NCBI GenBank assembly: GCA_018812885.1
Contig: JAHJCW010000097.1
Span: 1 to 25,291, forward strand
Direction of reading: 5' to 3'
Origin: a bacterium
GTDB lineage: Bacteria; Fidelibacterota; Marinisomatia; Marinisomatales; JAHJCW01
Length of the DNA stretch: 25,291 nucleotides
Under the pieces are notes generated by a model. That model did not search any database, was not told the DNA's origin, and saw nothing but the letters and a program-made list of their open reading frames with translations. Position numbers and translations under genes: made by a program. Shown here piece after piece: positions 7,320-15,558 of this stretch; positions within the stretch are counted from its first letter, which is position 1, and the number at the start of each line of letters is the position of its first letter.

Positions 7320-8666
7320 TCAGTTATTTCCCATTAAGTTTATTGAATCTGCAGACATTTTTGATAATCCCGGTATATTCATTTTGCCCATATTCTTCAT
7401 CATTCTTTTCATTTGGGCAAATTGCATTAATAGCTGGTTAACTTGTTGCACCGATCTACCTGAACCAAGTGCAATACGTTTCCTTCTGCTTCCATCAAGT
7501 GCATTAGGATTCTGTCTTTCCCATGGTGTCATGGAATTTATAATTGCTTCTGTCCAGGTTAATTGTCTATCATCAATTTTTAGACCTTTTAGAGCTTTCC
7601 GGTTCATTCCCGGCATCATTCCCAACACTTGCTCTATTGGTCCCATTTTTTCCAGTTGTCTTAACTGTGTTTTAAAATCTTCTAAATCAAAATTATTTTT
7701 TCTAAACTTTTTTTCTAGTTTAGCGGCTTCTTTTCCATCCATAACGGATTGGGCTTTTTCCACTAATGAAACCACATCGCCAAATCCAAGTAATCTATCA
7801 ATAATTCGTTGCGGATCAAATTGCTCAATTCCATCCATTTTTTCCGAAACTCCAACAAATTTTATCGGCTTGCCGATAACCTCAGTTATTGAAATCGCTA
7901 CACCACCACGAGCATCTCCATCCAATTTTGTAAGAACCGTTCCCGTTATATCCAATGCTTCTGAAAAAGCTAAAGCCGAATTTACCGCATCTTGTCCAGT
8001 CATACTATCAACTACAAACAGAGTTTCATCAGGATTGGTTATTTTTGCGATTTCCCTGATCTCGGACATCATATTGTTATCAACATGTAACCTGCCGGCT
8101 GTGTCTAAAATTACAATATCAATTTTCTCTGATTTTGCTTTTTTTACGGCATTCTTACAAATATCGATTGGTTTTTTGCTATTTTCAGAATATATGGGAA
8201 TGTTTATTTGTTTTCCCAATATCTGCAATTGCTCAACCGCCGCCGGGCGATAAACATCAGCTGCAACAAGTAAAACCGACTTCCCGAATTTTTTTAACCG
8301 ATTTCCCAATTTTGCCGCTATAGTAGTTTTTCCCGAACCTTGCAATCCTGCCAATAATATTACTACCGGTTTACTCTTGCTGAATTCTAACTGAACCGGC
8401 TTTTCACCTAATAAAGTAATTAATTCATCACGGATAATTTTGATGAATAATTCTCCGGGTTTCACGGACTTAATTACCTTTGTTCCTTCTGAACGTTCCT
8501 TTACCCGCTCAATAAAATCGCGGGCGACTTTGTAATTTACATCGGCTTCCAGTAATGCACGACGGATATCCCGCACAGTATGCTGAATATTATCATCGGT
8601 AATTTTACCGAGACCGCGTAAATTCCTAAAAACGGAATCAAATCTATCTGCTAGTTGGCTAAACAT
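7320..8666 (-). CDS. ffh: Signal recognition particle protein Ffh (SRP54)
   Basis: GLQGSGKTT P-loop, DVYRPAA, DTAGR, TKLDGDARGG and a Met-rich M domain (IINSMTP...RIALGSG). Confidence 0.98.
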   Translation of the reverse strand: MFSQLADRFDSVFRNLRGLGKITDDNIQHTVRDIRRALLEADVNYKVARDFIERVKERSEGTKVIKSVKPGELFIKIIRDELITLLGEKPVQLEFSKSKPVVILLAGLQGSGKTTIAAKLGNRLKKFGKSVLLVAADVYRPAAVEQLQILGKQINIPIYSENSKKPIDICKNAVKKAKSEKIDIVILDTAGRLHVDNNMMSEIREIAKITNPDETLFVVDSMTGQDAVNSALAFSEALDITGTVLTKLDGDARGGVAISITEVIGKPIKFVGVSEKMDGIEQFDPQRIIDRLLGFGDVVSLVEKAQSVMDGKEAAKLEKKFRKNNFDLEDFKTQLRQLEKMGPIEQVLGMMPGMNRKALKGLKIDDRQLTWTEAIINSMTPWERQNPNALDGSRRKRIALGSGRSVQQVNQLLMQFAQMKRMMKNMGKMNIPGLSKMSADSINLMGNN

Positions 8667-8694
8667 ATTATTTTCAAGTAATCTTGAGCCTGTA

Positions 8695-8724
8695 AATTTA
8701 ATTGGAAATATGCACTATATTCAA
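8695..8724 (-). promoter_or_regulatory. Putative sigma70-type promoter for the ffh operon
   Basis: Minus strand TTGAAT (8724-8719), 18-nt spacer, TAAATT (8700-8695), about 28 nt upstream of the ffh ATG. The region is AT-rich, so a chance match is possible. Confidence 0.4.
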
Positions 8725-8863
8725 TTATTTTTAAACAACATATTATCAACGATTAAATATCTAAAATATCTGTGTAAATTGATTAGTTTTAAATTTATCT
8801 AATAAGGATAATTATTAACTTTTTAGAGGCACAAGTTCAATAATACCTACAATATTTGTTCAA

Positions 8864-10747
8864 ATGCGTAAAACATTAATAAGAACTTTCATAGTACTCA
8901 TGTTGTTCATATCCAATGGATTAAGTCAGGACTCCCTCCGGTTAGTGAACCTTTATAATTCTACGGATGGTCCAAACTGGATAATTAGCATGAATTGGTT
9001 AAGTGAACGACCAATCTCTGCGTGGTATGGAATTACAGTTCAAGACAGCAGCGTTACTGCTATTGAGCTACCGCGTAATCATCTATCAGGACAACTTCCG
9101 GAGGATATTAGTCAATTAACAAACTTAGAAATATTAAATTTATCAGATAATAATATATCCGGTGAATTACCAGTTTCTCTGCAACACTTAGTCATACTAA
9201 AATCTTTGAACTTATCTCATAACCAATTACACGGTAATCTGGCAAATATATTTAACAGTCTTAAAAATTTAATTACACTAGATTTATCTTATAATAATTT
9301 TGACGGAAATATTCCAAAGGACTTAGGTGTACTAATAAAATTAGAAGTTCTCAATTTATCCAATAACAATTTTCAAAATAGTATTCCGGTTGATATATTT
9401 CGAGTACAAAATTTAGTTGAATTAAATCTACAGAATAATTCATTGACCGGTTCAATTCCACGTCAAATTGGAAGTTGTAAAAACCTGCAGATTTTGGACC
9501 TATCGCGTAATAAACTGACTGGAAATATACCAAAGGAAATTGGCAAATTAAAAAATTTAACGCAACGGTTAGCACTTGATCATAACGAACTTAGCAGATT
9601 AATTCCAACAGAAATCAGTTTACTTTCCAACCTTCAGCATATTTGGTTGAATAACAATCAATTTTCAGGAATTCTACCTTTTGAAATTGGCAAAATGGAA
9701 AGTTTGAGGTCGCTATTTATTTATCATAATAATTTTGTTGGACCCATTCCTTTAACTGTGGGAAATCTAAGAGAATTAGAAATATTTTACGGTCAAAACA
9801 ATTCGTTTGGTGGCAATATTCCTCAAGAATTATGGTTTTTACCTAAATTAAAAATGTTAAGATTGGAGAATAATAAGTTAGCGGGGATAATCCCCGGTGA
9901 CTTAAGAATTTTGAGATCCATTCAATCAATAGACTTAAGTAATAATCGTTTTGAATCAATATCCGATTCAATATCATTTCCATCTTCCTTATTGTCATTT
10001 AATTTAATAGGTAATAATTTATTTTGTAAAAATAAGTCCGGTGAAACCGATAGTATTTCGTTTGTTTCCCAAGATGACATAGCAAATAAAATAATCGGAT
10101 TAGATCAACAAAATTGCGATGATAATTCATGGTCTTCTTTTTCAATTGGAACCGATAATATTGATTTTGAATATGTAAAAACAGATTCTACCGCAGAACG
10201 AAAATTCTGGATCACTAGTAATAATTCAGTAACTAATTTCCTAAGTTTTCAACATTTTGATGATAATAATTTTTATCTTTCGGACTCTTTATTAAGAATC
10301 AATCAAGATGATACTATTTTTGTTTCAATTGTGTATTCTCCAATTGATATTAACAATCACTATGATGTATTGATCATTAAAGATATCAATGATAATAAAA
10401 TTAAATTTATTTCCGTGGTTGGAGAAGGAGTTGAATCTTTAATCCCCCAAAGAGATAATTCAGTTCCATGGAAATTTAAACTTCATCCCATATCAATCAA
10501 AACGGATTCAGATACGATTAATATTCAATATGATGTACCTGAAAAAAGTAAAGTAAATATCACAATCTTTAATTTAGGCGGACGACCGATTAAAACTGTT
10601 ATAGACAACATCGCCGATGCGGGATTTCATACTTTTGCTTGGGATGGTACGGATGATGGAGAAAATCTAATTGAGAGTGGAGAATATTTGTGCGTTATGC
10701 AATCTGGAATGTTTATTCAGATCCAACATATATTACTATTATTTTAA
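8864..10747 (+). CDS. Secreted leucine-rich-repeat protein: signal peptide, LRR N-cap, about 14 plant-type LRRs, Ig-like (ASH/choice-of-anchor-D-like) domain, FlgD-Ig/T9SS-like C-terminal domain
   Basis: Signal peptide MRKTLIRTFIVLMLFISNGLS; N-cap LYNSTDGPNW...NW...WYGITV; repeats LxxLxLxxNxLxGxIPxxIxxL; C-terminal IQYDVPEKSKVNITIFNLGG...FHTFAWDGTDD. Confidence 0.85.
   Translation: MRKTLIRTFIVLMLFISNGLSQDSLRLVNLYNSTDGPNWIISMNWLSERPISAWYGITVQDSSVTAIELPRNHLSGQLPEDISQLTNLEILNLSDNNISGELPVSLQHLVILKSLNLSHNQLHGNLANIFNSLKNLITLDLSYNNFDGNIPKDLGVLIKLEVLNLSNNNFQNSIPVDIFRVQNLVELNLQNNSLTGSIPRQIGSCKNLQILDLSRNKLTGNIPKEIGKLKNLTQRLALDHNELSRLIPTEISLLSNLQHIWLNNNQFSGILPFEIGKMESLRSLFIYHNNFVGPIPLTVGNLRELEIFYGQNNSFGGNIPQELWFLPKLKMLRLENNKLAGIIPGDLRILRSIQSIDLSNNRFESISDSISFPSSLLSFNLIGNNLFCKNKSGETDSISFVSQDDIANKIIGLDQQNCDDNSWSSFSIGTDNIDFEYVKTDSTAERKFWITSNNSVTNFLSFQHFDDNNFYLSDSLLRINQDDTIFVSIVYSPIDINNHYDVLIIKDINDNKIKFISVVGEGVESLIPQRDNSVPWKFKLHPISIKTDSDTINIQYDVPEKSKVNITIFNLGGRPIKTVIDNIADAGFHTFAWDGTDDGENLIESGEYLCVMQSGMFIQIQHILLLF
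9053..10027 (+). repeat. Protein-level tandem array of about 14 LRR units (24 aa / 72 nt period, one 25-aa unit)
   Basis: Read from the translation: units start VTAIEL, LEILNL, LKSLNL, LITLDL, LEVLNL, LVELNL, LQILDL, LTQRLAL, LQHIWL, LRSLFI, LEIFYG, LKMLRL, IQSIDL and LLSFNL. They are diverged at the DNA level. Confidence 0.9.
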
Positions 10748-10815
10748 AATACTTGTAAAAGTTTAATCGGTTCATAATAAATTCGACAATCTAATTTTAA
10801 CAGAATAAGATATAA

Positions 10816-11700
10816 ATGAATAACTTTTTCGAAAAATATAAAAAATTACGGAAAGATCAAAAAATTGATCTTGGAGATATTGAAAATCGAACCAAGATTA
10901 ATATTAAATATTTAACTGCCATAGAAGCCGGTAGTTTTGATCAAATACTCGATCCTTATAGAAGGTTATTTTTACGGGCTTATATTAGTGAGATTGGCGC
11001 AGATCCCGATTTAGCCGTCAGCGAATTAACCGAATATCTATTAAAAAAAGATATTCCCCAATCTAAAGAATCTGAAAAAATTGAACCGGAAAAAAATATT
11101 GCCGAAGGGGAAAAAATGGATATTTCCATTCCTTCGGAAAAAAAAATTAACAAAATTCAAGATATTTCTTTAGGGTTAGAAAAAAAGAGGGCAAATACGC
11201 AAACAACAATTTCCCCTAATTTAATCAAAGGTATACTTTTTCTTGTTTTTTGGGTAATAATTATTATTGTTATCAGAAATATTACACTAGACACTAAAAA
11301 TGAAAACTCAAATTCACAAAACAACCAGCTATCCGCAAGTAACACAAACCTTACAAATTTTGAACAATTAAAAACGGATTTTATTGAGGTAAGCTCTCAA
11401 CAGACTGTAATTGAACAATCTCTACCTTTAATTATTAAAATTGTATCTAAGAAAGCTCTTGGAATTTTTTCAGTACAAGATTCATTAGAAGTAAAATCAT
11501 TTTCAATTGCTGCTGGAGATCAGAAAACGTTTTCATTTAATACGAATCTAGATATTTTATTGAATCACTCCGAGGGAGTTAACACATTTATCAATGGAGA
11601 AAAGATCCAAGATATTAAGCCACAACAAACACCGGTTCGATTAATATTTTTAGTTGAACCAAAATCTGTCACAATTAAACATTACTCCAAAGCGGGATAA
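10816..11700 (+). CDS. rodZ: RodZ-like cell-shape protein (HTH_25, single TM, DUF4115-like C-terminus)
   Basis: N-terminal LRKDQKIDLGDIENRTKINIKYLTAIEAGSF...FLRAY, one TM (LIKGILFLVFWVIIIIVI) and a beta-rich C-terminus ending ...VNTFINGEKI. Confidence 0.8.
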   Translation: MNNFFEKYKKLRKDQKIDLGDIENRTKINIKYLTAIEAGSFDQILDPYRRLFLRAYISEIGADPDLAVSELTEYLLKKDIPQSKESEKIEPEKNIAEGEKMDISIPSEKKINKIQDISLGLEKKRANTQTTISPNLIKGILFLVFWVIIIIVIRNITLDTKNENSNSQNNQLSASNTNLTNFEQLKTDFIEVSSQQTVIEQSLPLIIKIVSKKALGIFSVQDSLEVKSFSIAAGDQKTFSFNTNLDILLNHSEGVNTFINGEKIQDIKPQQTPVRLIFLVEPKSVTIKHYSKAG

Positions 11701-11772
11701 ATTTACCCACAAAATAATATTACCTTTCTCTCTCTAGCAAATTAGAGATATTAAATATTTTTAAAATAATTA

Positions 11773-11801
11773 TTGACAAAAGTGGTTTATCTGACTAATA
11801 T
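11773..11801 (+). promoter_or_regulatory. Sigma70-type promoter of the mraZ/dcw operon
   Basis: TTGACA (11773-11778), 17-nt spacer, TAATAT (11796-11801). It is preceded by a pure A/T tract (11748-11772) that could act as an UP element. Confidence 0.85.
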
Positions 11802-11820
11802 TGTGGGTAATTGTGGGTAA
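11801..11820 (+). promoter_or_regulatory. MraZ operator (DCW boxes): two perfect 10-bp direct repeats TTGTGGGTAA
   Basis: GTGGG-N5-GTGGG immediately after the -10 box matches the established MraZ binding pattern. A degenerate copy (AAGTGGTTTA, 11780-11789) lies in the promoter spacer. Confidence 0.85.
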
Positions 11821-11843
11821 TATTCCCTACTATTATTGGTGAA

Positions 11844-12314
11844 ATGGTGAAAAAAACAACGCAAAACTCATTTTTTGGTCAATATTCCTACTCGATTGAT
11901 ACGAAAGGTCGAGTGAATATTCCTGCGAAATTTCGCCAGGTTTTATCTGATGATAATGATAAGACATTTATTATAACACGTGGTGAAGAACGCTGTATTT
12001 GGGTCTATCCATTGGTCGTGTGGCAAGAAATTGTTGCGGGATTACGTAAATTATCGGCGGTTTCTCCAAATAATCGCCATTTTATTCGTAAGACTACACG
12101 CTATGCCTCACTCGTGCAATATGACAGTCAGGGACGTATCATACTTACCAAACCTCTTATTGATTATGCAGGACTTGATAAGGAAGTCTATATAATTGGT
12201 GCATTAAATAAACTTGAAATATGGAATCCTGAAACTCTTGATAAAGTAGATTCTGATGATACCAATATTGATGCGATTACCCTCCACGAGTTAGCAAAAG
12301 AAATAATATTATGA
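11844..12314 (+). CDS. mraZ: Transcriptional regulator MraZ
   Basis: IDTKGRV and YDSQGRI (DxxGR motifs) and KLEIW. The start was moved from the ORF-track TTG 11811, which lies inside the operator, to ATG 11844; GTG 11847 is also possible. Confidence 0.95.
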   Translation: MVKKTTQNSFFGQYSYSIDTKGRVNIPAKFRQVLSDDNDKTFIITRGEERCIWVYPLVVWQEIVAGLRKLSAVSPNNRHFIRKTTRYASLVQYDSQGRIILTKPLIDYAGLDKEVYIIGALNKLEIWNPETLDKVDSDDTNIDAITLHELAKEIIL

Positions 12315-13207
12315 TCGGTGATAGGGTAAATTCCATTCCGGAACATCAACCAGTAATGGTATCGGAAGTGATGTCTCACCTTATTACCGATGTAAATGGA
12401 ATATATATTGACGGAACCATTGGCTTAGGAGGACATTCTAAGGAGATTCTGTCATCTCTCAACAAAAAAGGCCATCTCATCGGCATTGATCGCGATGACA
12501 AAACCTTATCCATTGCAGAAAAGAACCTTGCTCGTATTAGTACAAACTTTTCGCTATATAATCGCTCTTATGCCGATACAGATTTAATAATAAAAGAATT
12601 TGGTAAACAGGCAGTAAATGGAATTCTATTGGACCTGGGGCTATCCTCGGCACAATTAAATGATCAAAGTCGTGGTTTTAGCTTTAATGGCGATGGAACA
12701 TTAGATATGAGATTTGATCAACAACACGGTGCAACTGCTGAACAAATATTACTGTCTAAACCTGAAACGGAGATCGCTGATTTTATCCGTCTATATAGCG
12801 AGGAACGATATGCAAAAAAAATCGCATATAATATTAAACGTGCAGAAAAAATGGCTACAGTAGATGACATTAGGGAAGCGATTAGACTCTCAACGCCACC
12901 TGCTAAAAGAAATCGCACATTTGCGCGTGTATTTCAAGCTATCAGAATCCTAGTAAATGACGAACTAAATCAATTAAATATTTTCCTGGATAAATTCATT
13001 AATCAATTATGTATTGGTGGAAAAATCGTAATTATCAGTTATCATTCTCTTGAGGATCGTTTAGTAAAGCTTGCATTCAAAAAATTAAAAGCCGAAGGTC
13101 AATTATTGATTTTAACGAAAAGACCTCTTATAGCCACAAATGATGAAGTAACCGAAAATAGCCGTTCTAAGAGTGCAAAGCTTCGCGCAGGAGAACGTAT
13201 AAAATAA
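12311..13207 (+). CDS. rsmH: 16S rRNA m4C1402 methyltransferase RsmH (MraW)
   Basis: HQPVM, DGTIGLGGHS, DLGLSSAQL, GFSF...LDMR, FQAIRILVNDEL, HSLEDRLVK and SRSKSAKLR. Confidence 0.97.
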   Translation: MIGDRVNSIPEHQPVMVSEVMSHLITDVNGIYIDGTIGLGGHSKEILSSLNKKGHLIGIDRDDKTLSIAEKNLARISTNFSLYNRSYADTDLIIKEFGKQAVNGILLDLGLSSAQLNDQSRGFSFNGDGTLDMRFDQQHGATAEQILLSKPETEIADFIRLYSEERYAKKIAYNIKRAEKMATVDDIREAIRLSTPPAKRNRTFARVFQAIRILVNDELNQLNIFLDKFINQLCIGGKIVIISYHSLEDRLVKLAFKKLKAEGQLLILTKRPLIATNDEVTENSRSKSAKLRAGERIK

Positions 13208-13542
13208 TGACAAAGGAAAAATCAAAATTTAATCCGCGCAAGCAAAAACAACTTATCCGCTCATTAATTCCATTTACTATGGTCGTTGTTGTGATTTCTG
13301 GTTTAATTGTTTATTTGTGGATCTCATCAGAAGTAGATGAAACTTTGAATGAACTTGAAATCCAACAAAGTATTGTTGTTGAACTTAATGATGACATCAA
13401 CATCCTAAAGGATGACATTGAATATTTGGAACGTATTGATGTACTGACTGCCCGTGCAATGAATGAATTGGGTATGGTATTTACCGCACCTGAAACAATT
13501 GCAATATATGTGGATGGATCAACTTTAATTGATAACAAATGA
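13207..13542 (+). CDS. ftsL: Cell division protein FtsL-like
   Basis: Short basic N-terminus, one TM, a periplasmic coiled coil, A...LGM motif, and position between rsmH and ftsI. Confidence 0.8.
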   Translation: MTKEKSKFNPRKQKQLIRSLIPFTMVVVVISGLIVYLWISSEVDETLNELEIQQSIVVELNDDINILKDDIEYLERIDVLTARAMNELGMVFTAPETIAIYVDGSTLIDNK

Positions 13543-15557
13543 CAAGAATTTACCAACAATATCAGCGCCGTATTTCGTTTCTATCATTGCTTGTAATTTT
13601 TGCATGGGGCGGATTGGGGTTTCGACTGTTCAATATTCAAGTTGCAAATGGGGAAAAATATCATGAACAGGGTCATAAACAAGGTCAAACAAAGGAAATT
13701 TTACCTGCGCTAAGAGGAAATATTTTTGATACCAACGGTATTCCGCTAACGCGGAATATCATTCATTATACTATTGCTGCTGATCCATCAATAGTTCAAG
13801 ATAAACAAAATGTTGCAAAAGAATTGTCAAAAACAACCGGTAAACCGATCAATCATTATATTAAAAAACTTAGTGATAAAAATAATTTTGTTTATCTTGA
13901 ACGGAATCTGCAGAAAAAATATGTGCAATCACTAATAGAAAAAAATATCGACGGAATTATTATTCAACGGCATGCTAGTCGTTCATATCCTCAAGAAAAC
14001 ATTAGTGGACAATTAGTTGGTTTTACAAACGTTGACAATACCGGTTTGATTGGTATCGAACATGTCTATGACCAACAGCTTTCCGGCAGTGATGGTTGGA
14101 TAATAAAGCAACGCAGTGGCATGGGGAATGTAAATTTTAATAACAAATATCCCAAACAAGAACCTGTGGACGGTTCTGATATTCAACTTACAATAAATAT
14201 TAAATATCAATCTATTTTACAGGAAGAATTACTAAAACAATTAAAGAAAACCGGCGCATTAACAGCTTCGGGAGTCATAATTAATCCACAGACGGGTGCC
14301 GTATTAGCAATGGCGTCGCTACCTGATTTTAATCCTAATCAACCCAATAAATCCACCACTGAAAATCAGAAAATTAGACCTTGTACCGACCAATTTGAAC
14401 CCGGATCAACTTTTAAAATTGTCGCTGCAACAGCAGCAATTGATAATAATCTAGTAAATATAGATGATGAATTCGATTGTGAGAATGGCACGTACCAATA
14501 CAAATCTGTAACTATCAATGACCACAAGCCACATAGTATATTGACTTTTGGGGAAATCATCGAACAATCAAGCAATATTGGTATAATCAAAGTTGCTTCA
14601 CATGTCGGTGATAGATCATTATATAATTATGCCCAAGATTACGGTTTTGGAACACCTACAAGTATTGGATTAAGTGCTGAATCTGGTGGAACGCTACGCA
14701 AATTAAGTGAGTGGAGCCAAATTTCATTAGCTGAGATATCAATGGGACATGAAGTCGGAATAACTGCGCTACAATTAGCGATGGCATACGGCGCTGTGGC
14801 GAACGGCGGAATTTTGTTAAAACCGTATATAATTAATACAATCAATAATATTGATGGTATTTCGATTTATTCTGAAGAACCGAAAGTTGTTCGGAAAATC
14901 GCTAATGAAAATGTAATGAGCCGGTTATCGCAACTTTTAGTAAAAGCTGTCGAAACAGGTACAGGTATAGAAGCTGATATTCCGGGTTGGCAGGTAGCTG
15001 GCAAAACAGGCACAGCACAAAAAAATATTGATGGCGTTTATTCTCATACAAAATTTGTTTCAAATTTTGTGGGATACTTACCTGCAAGCAATCCACAATT
15101 ATTATGTGTTATTACACTTGATGAACCCAAATTAGGATATCATTGGGGTGGAACTGGAGCGGCACCTGTATTTAAACGGGTTATGGAGCGCATTATAAAT
15201 CTTGATGATTCCATTAAAATGCCTAAAAATATCATAAATGAATCAATCACTCGTGAACCTATTTTAGTTGAAAATAAATTAAAAAAATCAATTAAAATAT
15301 TTAAAAATGAACCGATTCTACTTTCATCAGTTGCCAATGAACCTGCACCCGTTCCATCATCTAAAAAACAACAAAAAATTAAAGCAGAAACAGTTATCCC
15401 AAACGTAAAAGGGATGAGTTTAAAAAAAGCTATTAATACTCTTCACAATTCTGGATTAGAGTCAAAATTTGCTGGTTCAGGTACTGTTGTATGGCAATCG
15501 CCTAAACCTGGGACAATTTCCTTTACGGGAACAATTTGTTCAATTGGATTAGAATAA
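13539..15557 (+). CDS. ftsI: Class B penicillin-binding protein FtsI/PBP3 with a C-terminal PASTA domain
   Basis: N-terminal TM, RGNIFD, SxxK (STFK), SxN (SSN), KTGTAQ, and PASTA ([12 protein letters not shown]...Q.PKPG). Confidence 0.95.
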   Translation: MTRIYQQYQRRISFLSLLVIFAWGGLGFRLFNIQVANGEKYHEQGHKQGQTKEILPALRGNIFDTNGIPLTRNIIHYTIAADPSIVQDKQNVAKELSKTTGKPINHYIKKLSDKNNFVYLERNLQKKYVQSLIEKNIDGIIIQRHASRSYPQENISGQLVGFTNVDNTGLIGIEHVYDQQLSGSDGWIIKQRSGMGNVNFNNKYPKQEPVDGSDIQLTINIKYQSILQEELLKQLKKTGALTASGVIINPQTGAVLAMASLPDFNPNQPNKSTTENQKIRPCTDQFEPGSTFKIVAATAAIDNNLVNIDDEFDCENGTYQYKSVTINDHKPHSILTFGEIIEQSSNIGIIKVASHVGDRSLYNYAQDYGFGTPTSIGLSAESGGTLRKLSEWSQISLAEISMGHEVGITALQLAMAYGAVANGGILLKPYIINTINNIDGISIYSEEPKVVRKIANENVMSRLSQLLVKAVETGTGIEADIPGWQVAGKTGTAQKNIDGVYSHTKFVSNFVGYLPASNPQLLCVITLDEPKLGYHWGGTGAAPVFKRVMERIINLDDSIKMPKNIINESITREPILVENKLKKSIKIFKNEPILLSSVANEPAPVPSSKKQQKIKAETVIPNVKGMSLKKAINTLHNSGLESKFAGSGTVVWQSPKPGTISFTGTICSIGLE

Positions 15558-15558
15558 T

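Noticed and set aside
7384-8253. 289-aa plus-strand ORF
   Set aside because: It lies entirely antisense to ffh, consistent with a codon-bias shadow, with no domain features.
8674-8687. TCAAG-TAAT-CTTGA hairpin in the ffh leader as a regulatory RNA element
   Set aside because: A 5-bp AT-rich stem is too weak to support, and there is no SRP-RNA-like motif.
8755-8831. AAATATCT direct repeat and TTATC-N7-GATAA imperfect palindrome as transcription-factor sites
   Set aside because: Short A/T-rich matches are expected by chance here and match no box I can name confidently.
11811-11843. TTG/GTG-region start for mraZ from the ORF track
   Set aside because: It falls inside the operator at the predicted transcription start, and the added residues are not MraZ-like.
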